64,000 nucleotides of DNA from the sequence record MZ501103; one strand, given 5' to 3'. The position numbers were made by a program, and so were the translations under genes. Source of the DNA: Escherichia phage SelmaRatti. Positions 41,033 to 50,075 of this stretch are shown here, in pieces. Numbering within the stretch: the stretch's first letter is position 1; every line of letters begins with the position of its first letter. Below the pieces are notes generated by a model, which saw only the letters and a list, made by a program, of their open reading frames with translations, was not told where the DNA came from and did not search any database.

Positions 41033-42004
41033 TTAATCGTATACTCGCTCTACTATACACGGGATTACACCACCAGCACGAATCACTCGAATTTGGCAAC
41101 CGATCTCTAGATCAAGAGAGTTAATATAATCAACGTTATTAAGAGTCGCTTTAACAATTGTAGCATCATCAATAATTACCGGTTCGAAATAACCAACTGG
41201 AGTTACTTTACCAGAAGCCCCTACCTGCCATTCAACTTTAGTAAGAGTTGTAATCTCGCCTTCTTCATCCTCTTTAATAGCGAATGCTCCGCGAGGGAAT
41301 TTATTAGTCCAGCCTTCTCGGAAGAATTTGTTGTTGTCATTAATACGAACAACTTTACCATCTGTCGGAATCCATTTAAAGAAGGAACGCACATTAACAA
41401 CTGTTAAGAAGTTCTCATTCTCTAGCCAAAGCATATCTTTTAAATACGTTTCTGTAATACCTACAGATTCAGCAGAACACTGGATACCATATGCAACGAA
41501 GATTAAACCACCTTCTCCGATACGTTGTACGAAATCATCACTATCTTTTAGGTTAATAGCACCAGAGGCAAAGTTACGTTTATTTTCTACTTCTTTTGTA
41601 ATTAGAACTTCACCAGTGATTTGAGTAGGTACTTTTTGGGAAATCTTTTTAGGGATGTTCAGCAATCTTACGTTGCTTGTGACATCATTCCCTAGAATAC
41701 CATTACCACGAGTTAGTGCTTGAACAAATTCGCCATTAATATATAACAAAGAAATCGCACAACCATCTAACTTATCAGTTTCTACCTGACCTAATGGGTT
41801 AAACGGAGGTTTATCCCCACGATTATAATAAACTTTCTGTAAAGAATACATACGATACAGATGTGGGATATCACCCTTAGGCCCGATCTCTTCTTCTAAC
41901 GGGAATCTTTTAATAAGACGATCATATTCTTCGTCAGAGATTAAAGACATTCCCTGGTAATACGCTTCTTGACAACGTTTAATAAAGTCTTTTATATTAG
42001 TCAT
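41033..42004 (-). CDS. lig: NAD-dependent DNA ligase, N-terminal subunit (adenylation + OB domain)
   Basis: N-terminal YY..M..ISDEEYD, adenylation KLDG motif (TDKLDGCAISLLY), OB-fold ending RAGGVIP. Confidence 0.85.
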   Translation of the reverse strand: MTNIKDFIKRCQEAYYQGMSLISDEEYDRLIKRFPLEEEIGPKGDIPHLYRMYSLQKVYYNRGDKPPFNPLGQVETDKLDGCAISLLYINGEFVQALTRGNGILGNDVTSNVRLLNIPKKISQKVPTQITGEVLITKEVENKRNFASGAINLKDSDDFVQRIGEGGLIFVAYGIQCSAESVGITETYLKDMLWLENENFLTVVNVRSFFKWIPTDGKVVRINDNNKFFREGWTNKFPRGAFAIKEDEEGEITTLTKVEWQVGASGKVTPVGYFEPVIIDDATIVKATLNNVDYINSLDLEIGCQIRVIRAGGVIPCIVERVYD

Positions 42005-42277
42005 TTATTCTGCCTCATAGTACGTGGGTTGTCTAGTGGATCCGTGCCATGTAAAATTTTTGCAGAGATGCAAATACGTGGTTTTTACTAGCCTACCTGA
42101 CAATGGAGAGTATATTTCAGCTATTAATACTTCTTTTTCGTAATGAAGTGAAATCAGCTTATACCCACTTCTAGTTTTAGTATACTTTTCTCCATTAATC
42201 TTCTCCTCCCACATAAGTATAAGAGGCTGTCCGATATATGGGAAAGGTTTAAGTGTACTTATATTTATCTTTTTCAC
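42005..42277 (-). CDS. hypothetical protein
   Basis: 90-aa ORF, GTG start with GAGGG RBS, downstream of promoter. Confidence 0.45.
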   Translation of the reverse strand: MKKINISTLKPFPYIGQPLILMWEEKINGEKYTKTRSGYKLISLHYEKEVLIAEIYSPLSGRLVKTTYLHLCKNFTWHGSTRQPTYYEAE

Positions 42278-42307
42278 TTTGCAACCCTCTCATTAATTTA
42301 TATAAAT

Positions 42308-42336
42308 ATTATATAACAAAACTGAGTTGAAAGCAA
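42308..42336 (-). promoter_or_regulatory. T5-type early promoter (TTGCTT-17-TATAAT)
   Basis: -10 42308-42313, -35 42331-42336; conserved ATTTATATAAATTAATGAGAGGG leader. Confidence 0.65.
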
Positions 42337-42342
42337 ATACAT

Positions 42343-42654
42343 TTATTCTTTTTCCGCCAGGCGTTTAGCTTCTTTTTCTACTTCTAATAAAACCTCACTA
42401 TTAGATAATATTTTAGTAAATGCCTTAAATAAATGAGATGTTGTTTCTAGAGTGTATGGCATACTGAATCCACTTTTTGTTGGAAACCATTCACCTTCTA
42501 TATCTTGGAGCCAGTACCTAATTCCTAAGTATAGATTCCCCCTAAACTCAGATACAGTTAGCCTAACCTGTTGGCCATCTTCTCTCTCCCAGATAACTAT
42601 GGACTGATCATCTACATGTCCAACATAATCCTGATTTACATTATCTCCTGACAT
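42343..42654 (-). CDS. hypothetical protein
   Basis: 103-aa ORF. Confidence 0.45.
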   Translation of the reverse strand: MSGDNVNQDYVGHVDDQSIVIWEREDGQQVRLTVSEFRGNLYLGIRYWLQDIEGEWFPTKSGFSMPYTLETTSHLFKAFTKILSNSEVLLEVEKEAKRLAEKE

Positions 42655-43301
42655 TTTATTGCTCCCTGACTTAGGAGATATTCCTCTGCCTCCTCTGGTT
42701 GAATACTGAAAAACTCAGTAGAACCGTCAAATATTGACTCTGTAAATATCTGCATACTAGAAAAGAATTGATGGGCTTTATTTTCTAGGGTATATGCAGA
42801 GCCTTCATAAGAGTATACCCCATGTATACTCAGATCCACCAAATTAGAATCTTTTTTGATCTCTTGAAGTCTTCTATCTGGGTTTTTAGATGTTCCTATT
42901 TTTGTTCCTAGCTGCGGGCTATAAAATAGATACAAATAGCTTGTAGCCGCACAGATAGGGCAAGATCTTCTAGCATTTTTAATCTTATCCACGCTGCTAG
43001 CCCATCTATGCCCTTCTACACACTCGAACTCTGCTTGACTACGGGAATTAATATAGGGAGATACAAGTTTTATACCCCTACTAGCTAGCTGTTGGTTTAT
43101 TTGCTCTACAGTAAGCTTAGCTTTATTACTACAATGTGGGCAACCACTACCCTTTCTTATATTATTTAGGTAAGCTTTCCATTGGTGGCCATTTAAGCAT
43201 TTAAACATGGCTGGTGTTCTTATGTTAACCCATTCACTTACTATACTAAAGCCTCGTGACTCTAACTCTTTATTTATTTGTTTTGCTGTTAACTTTTTCA
43301 C
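42636..43301 (-). CDS. zinc-ribbon (x2) + T5orf172 (GIY-YIG-like) domain protein, putative homing endonuclease
   Basis: Two C..GH.W......I..G.GCP.C repeats then LYLFYSPQLGTKIGTSKNPDRRLQEI block. Confidence 0.6.
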   Translation of the reverse strand: MKKLTAKQINKELESRGFSIVSEWVNIRTPAMFKCLNGHQWKAYLNNIRKGSGCPHCSNKAKLTVEQINQQLASRGIKLVSPYINSRSQAEFECVEGHRWASSVDKIKNARRSCPICAATSYLYLFYSPQLGTKIGTSKNPDRRLQEIKKDSNLVDLSIHGVYSYEGSAYTLENKAHQFFSSMQIFTESIFDGSTEFFSIQPEEAEEYLLSQGAIKCQEIM

Positions 43302-43348
43302 TATACTTTATATACAACAAAGGAGAGCCGAAGCTCTCCTTTTCTTTA

Positions 43349-43639
43349 TTATTTTTTACCTACTGGCGTAGCTCTATCAAGTTCACTAGACAATGAAGTG
43401 ATACGTTTTACCTTATTTACCGGGATGAATCGGAAGCTATCATTAGTACGGCTAAATACTAGAATCTCGTCGTCTTTTGGTTGGCGAATACGCTCCTGGG
43501 CGAATCGTTTACTGAGATACTTATCAGAAAAGTCCATAGTACCTTGAAGATACGTAGTACCTTTTTGACGTAATTTCTCATAATGAAGGTAGAACTCGTT
43601 ATGAGCTTCACATGCGGAGATGATTTCTTGTTTATTCAT
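43349..43639 (-). CDS. hypothetical protein
   Basis: 96-aa ORF. Confidence 0.4.
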   Translation of the reverse strand: MNKQEIISACEAHNEFYLHYEKLRQKGTTYLQGTMDFSDKYLSKRFAQERIRQPKDDEILVFSRTNDSFRFIPVNKVKRITSLSSELDRATPVGKK

Positions 43640-43654
43640 GCAAAAATCCCCTTA

Positions 43655-44065
43655 TTACTTAGTGATAGCTCGGATTGCTTCTGCCAGATGAGCAGCCGCT
43701 TTACCAGTCAGTTTGTCGATAATTGCATCATCCAGAAAATCTGGTGCTAGGCCAGCATCAGAGAATGCTGAACGAAGATCGGCATGAGCTTGGGCTTTAG
43801 AAGTGCGAGAACCACCAGAAGCTTTTTCTCCAGTAGATGCGCTAGATTTAGAAGCAGAGCCAGCAGCTTTCTTGATGTACAAACCTGCTTTAGTCAGCTT
43901 CATACGAAAACCGTTCGGAGTTACACCATTTTCCTGGGCAATTTCGCTAACAATTTCCATGCTAACACCCGGACGTTCATCCTCTGGGAATTGCTCCATA
44001 CGAGCAACGTATTCGGAAGACATTTTTTCGAACAGTTCATCAGTCCACTGAGTTGGAGTAGTCAT
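43655..44065 (-). CDS. hypothetical protein with HTH-like repeat
   Basis: 136 aa; AAGGAA RBS; Ala/Ser-rich linker, similar in style to 39291-40058 product. Confidence 0.45.
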   Translation of the reverse strand: MTTPTQWTDELFEKMSSEYVARMEQFPEDERPGVSMEIVSEIAQENGVTPNGFRMKLTKAGLYIKKAAGSASKSSASTGEKASGGSRTSKAQAHADLRSAFSDAGLAPDFLDDAIIDKLTGKAAAHLAEAIRAITK

Positions 44066-44122
44066 ATTTTATATTTCCTTAATTAAGAATTAAACAGAAT
44101 AGTTCTTTCAAACTATGAGAAT

Positions 44123-44151
44123 ATTATATCAAGAATTATAGGATTAAGCAA
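44123..44151 (-). promoter_or_regulatory. sigma70-type promoter (TTGCTT-17-TATAAT)
   Basis: -10 44123-44128, -35 44146-44151 on - strand. Confidence 0.55.
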
Positions 44152-44171
44152 CTGAAATTTTTCGGTAATTG

Positions 44172-44426
44172 CTACACATCTAGTTCAACAATCTCCCAAT
44201 CGTCGGCCAGAGCCTCGTCTAGGGTAAGGTTTACTTGACGGATAAGTGGGGATTCCATACCGTTCTCCCACACATGTTCAGTCACTGTACCCTGCTCTAC
44301 GTTAAATTCTAAAACCACTGTAAAGTGTTTATTATTTTCCCAGCTATCCCGCTGGAGATATTTTACATCCCCATCTTTCAGTAAATCTGTTAGCTTACTC
44401 ACGGCGTTTTCCTTTTTCTTTATCAA
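44172..44426 (-). CDS. hypothetical protein
   Basis: 84-aa acidic ORF. Confidence 0.4.
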   Translation of the reverse strand: MIKKKENAVSKLTDLLKDGDVKYLQRDSWENNKHFTVVLEFNVEQGTVTEHVWENGMESPLIRQVNLTLDEALADDWEIVELDV

Positions 44427-45099
44427 GTTTCAGGGCAGCCTTGACAGCTTCGTTAATCAACGTAATAATTTCTTCACGAGTCCATTTATATCCTAGAGAT
44501 TTTACGTCAACCCCTAGCTTTTCCAGATGTTTAACAGAGGCCAACTCGTAATTCATATAGTGGACGTTCTGTTGTTTGCCTTCCGATAGAAGCCATACAC
44601 GGTAACAACCAACAGGATTATCCATTGCTTTTTTGATTTCACCGATACACTGGTATCCAGGAACCCAAACAAGCTCACCAACTGCAAATTCTTCTGCTAC
44701 AGCATCATCAGGAATAATTGGAGGATTCAATGGATCTACAATATCGTTCAAACGAAGTAGAGCACCGTATCGTTCCAGAACAGATTTAACCATTGCTACA
44801 GAGCGATAATTACGATCGGCAATTTCTTCGAAAGAATCACCAGATAAATACTGCTCAATAACGTTAGCTAACTCGATGCCTTCAATGAGTGTGCCACGTT
44901 TCTTTTTCTTCATTTCGGCAACTTGAATCTGGCGATCTTGCCACTCCTCAATCATCCTTTCCATAGTTGGATTGGACGATACGCCGAGCATTTCACATGC
45001 TGCTTTCTTAGTACCACCGTTCTCCAGATGCTCTATAACCTTTTTAAAGACTTCATCTGGGATTTCATGGATATGTTTCTTTCTACGAGAACCAGCCAT
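44395..45099 (-). CDS. putative DNA-binding protein (HTH)
   Basis: 234 aa; HTH-like GGTKKAACEMLGVS; first gene downstream of PN25-like promoter with GAGGAG RBS. Confidence 0.5.
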   Translation of the reverse strand: MAGSRRKKHIHEIPDEVFKKVIEHLENGGTKKAACEMLGVSSNPTMERMIEEWQDRQIQVAEMKKKKRGTLIEGIELANVIEQYLSGDSFEEIADRNYRSVAMVKSVLERYGALLRLNDIVDPLNPPIIPDDAVAEEFAVGELVWVPGYQCIGEIKKAMDNPVGCYRVWLLSEGKQQNVHYMNYELASVKHLEKLGVDVKSLGYKWTREEIITLINEAVKAALKLDKEKGKRRE

Positions 45100-45130
45100 A
45101 TTTAAACTCCTCTCTCAAATTTATGAATCT

Positions 45131-45159
45131 ATTATACAGAAATTTTTTGAACTATGCAA
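45131..45159 (-). promoter_or_regulatory. T5 PN25-like early promoter (TTGCAT-17-TATAAT)
   Basis: reverse complement TTTGCATagttcaaaaaatttctgTATAATAGATTCATAAATTTGAGAGAGGAG, nearly identical to the T5 PN25 promoter as I recall it. Confidence 0.8.
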
Positions 45160-45167
45160 ATAAATTT

Positions 45168-45410
45168 TTATGATTCCTTGAGCAAAGAAGCAAGTTCAGC
45201 ATAGACTTTATCTAATTCAAAGCCGATGCGAAGAGACACGTTTGTTTTCCGTTGTTTAAGTAACCACTCGGATATGTTAGGGATGCCAGCTAGTCTAGCA
45301 GGAACCACCCTACATAGCTTTTCCGAAGTGTCGTAAACAGGAAATTTATGTTCTTTTACTGGAAACTTCCTTGTTTCCCATTTTTTATTCTTCACTGTCA
45401 TTTCTAGCAC
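45168..45410 (-). CDS. hypothetical protein
   Basis: 80-aa ORF overlapping end of upstream gene. Confidence 0.4.
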   Translation of the reverse strand: MLEMTVKNKKWETRKFPVKEHKFPVYDTSEKLCRVVPARLAGIPNISEWLLKQRKTNVSLRIGFELDKVYAELASLLKES

Positions 45411-48174
45411 CTAGCTCCGCCATTGCTTCATCATGCATATGTTTCTCCTCATCAGTCATAAACTTATACGGGATTGGCATACACTCGATTTTACAATAAG
45501 TCCTGTACCAGTCTACAATATTCTCCGTGTTCATATCCTTGCCAATACCCATCATACCAAGATACATTCTTGCATATTTTGGGTTAGCACTCTGACCTGT
45601 TTTAAGGAAGAAATCTTTCTTCTTACCTTTCAGAGCTTCTATGAATGGTTTGATAGTGACATTTGAACACTTCTTAATATCTTCCCAGAACATCTCGTGC
45701 ATCTTATGGAAGAATGCAGCTCGATCATTAGGTTTATCCTTGATATATTGTTCAACATGCTCAACTGTTACATCTTTAATAGACTCAAGATGATAGTAGC
45801 GAACAAGAAGTAGTTTAGCTTCATACGCATCTGCATGGCGTGGAGCACAATAATCAGGAGTTGAATACAAAATAGCTTTGATTCGCTCTTCCGTATATTC
45901 CTTCCCAGCACCTTCGATAGTTCCCCAGCTTTCACTGAAAATATCAATAGTTGCACCCTGATCAAGCAAGTAATAGCGTAGAGTACTAGTATAGTTTCTA
46001 GATTCCAGCTCCCTGCGACGTGCATATAGTTGCTGTGCTAACTCCAGCCAACCCTCATCAATGTTATATTGCTCAGAACCTGCGGAGAATCCACTCGTAG
46101 ATTTATCAATAAAATAATAGATATTCTGAGCACCACGGTCGCGCCTGATTGCTTGAAAACGCATGTTTGGCGCTTGGTTACTGGTTCTAGTGATAACGAA
46201 TACGTTATCAAAATAGTTGAAGTCAACACCACTAGTTACGGATGGACTACATAATAAGCAATCAATTTGTTGATCAATCAGCTCATTAGTTGTGTAATCC
46301 AGAATACGTCTAATATCCACATCAGACGTAGAATTTGAGTGGATTTCCTTAACTAACGCACCCGTATTACGACGTAATGCCATACCCTTCTCATTCAGCT
46401 CATCAGGGCCACAATCAGATACCAGAATAGATTTCTCACCCATCTCTAGAGAAGTCTGAAGTGCAACCCAAATACTGGATTCATCAGGAAACTCATAAGC
46501 ATGAGCTTTTGACAGCATTTTACGGTGATGATTATAAAATGCAACCGGTTTATCAAACTCGATCAAAGAACCATATGCTTCAATTGTTTCTGCACTAATA
46601 TCACCATCTGATAATATAATGATTTTTGCAGTTGCAAGAATATCCCGAAGAACCTGAATACATTCACGACGTTGTTTAACAACCGGGGCGAATAATAGGT
46701 CGTTCATTACTGCATCACATTCATCGATAAAGATTGCATCAATTTGACCAATAAAACTCTTGAACTTATGCAAAGAGTGAATAGTTGTGGACATACGGTC
46801 AATAGCACCACGCTTAAAATTAAGCATATCTACAGACTTATCATATTGTCCTGCACTAAATTTCTTAGCATTGGAAGATACTAGCGCTCTAGTATTTGTA
46901 ACTGCTAAAAAGTTGCCAGGAAGAACACCTGCGTCCAGCCATTTAGTTACTGCCGTAGTTTTACCAGTACCAAGACTTGCCTTAACAAAGGTTATGTGGC
47001 CTTTTGGAGGCACAATGTTAATCTTCAGGTATGGAACTTCTGGTGGAGAATCCACTTCTAATTTCTTGAGTGGAACACCCTTCAGATTTAATGGAATCTC
47101 ACGTTTAGAATTATTAACAAACGCTTTGAGAGCCTGCTTACGACCGTTATTAAAGTAATCTTGAATATTACGACTGTTATCTTTAGTTGCAATATATTCA
47201 GATAAAGCGGGTTTAATCTCACGTTCTAGCCATGCGAAATCAACACCATCCTCTAATGCTCTATGGTATAGTTTAGGGATAATACGCAAGTACACCCCAT
47301 CCTCAGCTTCTTCCAATTCGCTGATAGTTTCTTCTACTTTATCAGACGCGATCTTTTTGCCTTTAATTTGGTCAAGTAAGGAATAGAATTCCTCTTTGAA
47401 CTCCCCTCTAGTTGTTTCATAGTCAACCAGATTATTAGGCAAATTTACCTTCGAACCTTTAACATACACCAGACGTGGCTTACTATCCGCTTTAAACGGA
47501 TCAACAATACCATCACTAAATAAAGGATCGGCAAAATAATGGAGCTGGACAGATGAATAATAAGCTAAGTCGGCAATGTCAAAACCGAATTTTTGCTTAC
47601 TACTATCATTGATAGACGTAAATAAGAACTTTAACTGACCTTGAGTTACCTTGACGTTAGATTCTAGCATTAAGTGCATTCGGATACCTGGTTTTAGGCC
47701 AGCCGAAGACGATGCATGAGCAATAAACCCTGCATCAAGAGGAAACATGTCCTCACTAATACTATTCAACATCTTAATAATGTGACGGGCCATGCCTACA
47801 AGATTAAACTTGTCGTACCCACCGGTATCTAGGATACCATCCACGTCCATAGCAATAATATTGCTAGGGTTAGACACATTAAAGTTACCTTTCTTACGTC
47901 GCACATTATTTTTAGGTGCAAGACATCGACCTCGTACCGCAACGATATGAGGGTCAGACGTTAAACGTCTCATAAGTGGTAACATTTCGGCAAGGCTTTG
48001 CGGGTCGTGCTCTTCTATTACATCAAATTTGAAGGGCATAGAGGCTGGTTTACCTTCTGGATGCTCTTTCGAGAATCGCTTGGCAAAGGTATAATCTTCC
48101 GCTTTGATTTCTCGCCAAATACCTGTTGCTAAATCACGAGAAAATCCGGCGTGACCTTGAAGAATAGAAAACAC
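45385..48174 (-). CDS. putative replication origin-binding protein / helicase-like ATPase
   Basis: 929 aa; Walker A ASLGTGKTTA, DExx-like FIDECD; GTG start with AGGAG RBS. Confidence 0.6.
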   Translation of the reverse strand: MFSILQGHAGFSRDLATGIWREIKAEDYTFAKRFSKEHPEGKPASMPFKFDVIEEHDPQSLAEMLPLMRRLTSDPHIVAVRGRCLAPKNNVRRKKGNFNVSNPSNIIAMDVDGILDTGGYDKFNLVGMARHIIKMLNSISEDMFPLDAGFIAHASSSAGLKPGIRMHLMLESNVKVTQGQLKFLFTSINDSSKQKFGFDIADLAYYSSVQLHYFADPLFSDGIVDPFKADSKPRLVYVKGSKVNLPNNLVDYETTRGEFKEEFYSLLDQIKGKKIASDKVEETISELEEAEDGVYLRIIPKLYHRALEDGVDFAWLEREIKPALSEYIATKDNSRNIQDYFNNGRKQALKAFVNNSKREIPLNLKGVPLKKLEVDSPPEVPYLKINIVPPKGHITFVKASLGTGKTTAVTKWLDAGVLPGNFLAVTNTRALVSSNAKKFSAGQYDKSVDMLNFKRGAIDRMSTTIHSLHKFKSFIGQIDAIFIDECDAVMNDLLFAPVVKQRRECIQVLRDILATAKIIILSDGDISAETIEAYGSLIEFDKPVAFYNHHRKMLSKAHAYEFPDESSIWVALQTSLEMGEKSILVSDCGPDELNEKGMALRRNTGALVKEIHSNSTSDVDIRRILDYTTNELIDQQIDCLLCSPSVTSGVDFNYFDNVFVITRTSNQAPNMRFQAIRRDRGAQNIYYFIDKSTSGFSAGSEQYNIDEGWLELAQQLYARRRELESRNYTSTLRYYLLDQGATIDIFSESWGTIEGAGKEYTEERIKAILYSTPDYCAPRHADAYEAKLLLVRYYHLESIKDVTVEHVEQYIKDKPNDRAAFFHKMHEMFWEDIKKCSNVTIKPFIEALKGKKKDFFLKTGQSANPKYARMYLGMMGIGKDMNTENIVDWYRTYCKIECMPIPYKFMTDEEKHMHDEAMAELGARNDSEE

Positions 48175-48672
48175 AACAATACTCCTGTGTTGGTTAATCG
48201 AAAATCTTTTCTTTAGGACTATTCAGAAAGAATAGAACAACTATTACTACTATTTACGTAAACATCAATTATCATCAAGCAATATGAATAAGTTATCATA
48301 TCTCAGTGCTGTGCTCTCTTCGCTCATATACAGAATAGAACCTAGGTCATTGGCCGCTAAGCCGATTCTATTTGTCCTCACTATCCTATTGGTAGGTGAC
48401 TACTGTACGTGCCGCCATTCGCTGCTCTTTTCGTTCGCACCCCCATATAAAGCTCTGCCTATATAACGAGCTAAATATGCACGGTTTGGATTTACCTTTC
48501 CGAATTCAGGGTACACAGATCACTTAATTGAAGATTAACTAATGCAATATAAACACTAGTAACAGTTAAAACAACCCTTAATGGGGCAGCCTAACTGTTC
48601 CGTATCGCGGATTGTAAACAAGAAAAATTAGCAAAATCAATTTTTACTAATGTCTCTCAATTCAATATAAAT

Positions 48673-48701
48673 ATTATATCAAGATTTTGAGCACCGTGCA
48701 A
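48673..48701 (-). promoter_or_regulatory. T5-type early promoter (TTGCAC-17-TATAAT) with no adjacent ORF
   Basis: -10 48673-48678, -35 48696-48701; conserved ATTTATATTGAATTGAGAG leader. Confidence 0.55.
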
Positions 48702-48740
48702 GTAAATTTTTCCCAAAGGTGCTATCAGTGTCTTTGAGTA

Positions 48741-48769
48741 CAGAGAAAACCGAGCCAAAATGACTCGGT
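48741..48769 (-). terminator. possible terminator hairpin after paralog gene
   Basis: 6-bp stem accgag/ctcggt with U-rich tail on - strand. Confidence 0.4.
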
Positions 48770-48792
48770 AATCAGAGTTCAGCTAGTAAAAA

Positions 48793-49185
48793 TCATTCAT
48801 CATTTAGGCCTGGAACATAAATCCCAATACGGTTTAATTGTTCTTTAGCTTCTTTGAGAATATCTGGAGTGTACTCCCAAATATCATCTTTCACCTGTAA
48901 AAGATGGGGCGAACAACCGTCATCAGGCACACGACATATGGCAAAACCACGTGGATGGAACAAAGAGAAATTTAGGGAAACAATTAAACCCATAGAGGAC
49001 AATTCATTCCAGTCCATCTCCCATTCCCCGGCATATCCAGACAGGAAAACGCCAGTGCAGGGATCATCTATTTGCTGCTCTGGAAAAGTGAAGGAGGCTT
49101 GCTTTACCCCCAACCAACGTTGTAGCAGCTTCTCAGCACGCTTCACCAAACTAGGATCAATCTGGCGCCAATATACTTGTTCCAT
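48793..49185 (-). CDS. hypothetical protein (paralog of 49195-49623)
   Basis: 130 aa; shared blocks GL(I/V)...LN..LF.P and G(I/Y)..PGL with neighbour. Confidence 0.5.
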   Translation of the reverse strand: MEQVYWRQIDPSLVKRAEKLLQRWLGVKQASFTFPEQQIDDPCTGVFLSGYAGEWEMDWNELSSMGLIVSLNFSLFHPRGFAICRVPDDGCSPHLLQVKDDIWEYTPDILKEAKEQLNRIGIYVPGLNDE

Positions 49186-49194
49186 TCTGCCTCC

Positions 49195-49623
49195 TTAAGC
49201 AGTTAAACCTGGGATCATATACCCGAAACGGCGAAGTTTCTGAATCCCCTCATTCACTTCTTCCGGTGAGTAAGACCAACCATAACGTTCATTAACCTGA
49301 AAACCAGGAGATTCACTAGTTTTATAGTTAACAACTAGGCGATGCTTAGCAGGCATAAACAGCTTATAGTTTAACGCAAAAACTAAGCCCATTTCGTCTA
49401 ACTCTTTCCAGCCCACAATCTCTTCAAGACCATCCTCTACCTGCACAATTAAACCAATACAGGGGGCCTCATCAATATCATCCTTAAAAGCAAAGGAGAT
49501 TTCGTTATTCTCACACCATATTTTCAAAGAGTTAATAGCCTCATTATACAGGCTAGCTGGGAGAGTACGCCAAAAGTTAACCAAAATTGGGTTAGCTTCT
49601 TTAGAGAATACATTATTGAACAT
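49195..49623 (-). CDS. hypothetical protein (paralog of 48793-49185)
   Basis: 142 aa; tandem duplicate. Confidence 0.5.
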   Translation of the reverse strand: MFNNVFSKEANPILVNFWRTLPASLYNEAINSLKIWCENNEISFAFKDDIDEAPCIGLIVQVEDGLEEIVGWKELDEMGLVFALNYKLFMPAKHRLVVNYKTSESPGFQVNERYGWSYSPEEVNEGIQKLRRFGYMIPGLTA

Positions 49624-49625
49624 AT

Positions 49626-50075
49626 TTACACCTTAAATTGTTGTAAGGATTTACACATTTCAATATCTGGGCTAAATTCTAGCATATAGCTAACAGCTTT
49701 TAAATCTTGAAGATTTATCCCAGTCCTACCGTTGACTATAACCGTTGGATACTGATACATCATAGCACCAGCACGCTCAATAAGGTCATCAACGTTAGTA
49801 GTCAAATTTACTACTTGACCAGGATATTTCTTATACCATTCCCCAATACGCAAGTGTGCAAGGTTAGGTTCAACAGTTTCTAGCTCTTCACGTCGCTTGT
49901 TGTAAAACATATGGGTTTTATGATAAAAGTTACCACGAAAGGCATGAATATTACATACCTCTTCTAAGTCATAATCATCCCACAATGCTTTACCACTAGC
50001 AGTATCAGTACGGAAGGCTCGTACACCACTTTCAACACTCAAACCTACACCACTGATAATAATTAATCTACGCAT
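49626..50075 (-). CDS. Sir2-like (sirtuin N-terminal half) NAD-binding protein, truncated
   Basis: ISGVGLSVESGVRAFR resembles sirtuin GAGIS..SGI..FR; LW, FY..R.E motifs; NLTTNVDDLIERAG resembles ITQNID.LH.RAG; no zinc ribbon or catalytic HG. Confidence 0.5.
   Translation of the reverse strand: MRRLIIISGVGLSVESGVRAFRTDTASGKALWDDYDLEEVCNIHAFRGNFYHKTHMFYNKRREELETVEPNLAHLRIGEWYKKYPGQVVNLTTNVDDLIERAGAMMYQYPTVIVNGRTGINLQDLKAVSYMLEFSPDIEMCKSLQQFKV

Noticed and set aside
48284-48466. 60-aa + strand ORF in the gene-free island
   Set aside because: No RBS or promoter, hydrophobic low-complexity product, opposite to the local transcription direction; treated as non-coding, though the region itself is flagged as a finding.
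48175-48792. tRNA genes or CRISPR repeats in the larger intergenic regions
   Set aside because: No cloverleaf-compatible segment with a GTTC(G/A)A T-loop and no regularly spaced direct repeats were seen by eye; a tRNAscan-type search would be needed to be definitive.
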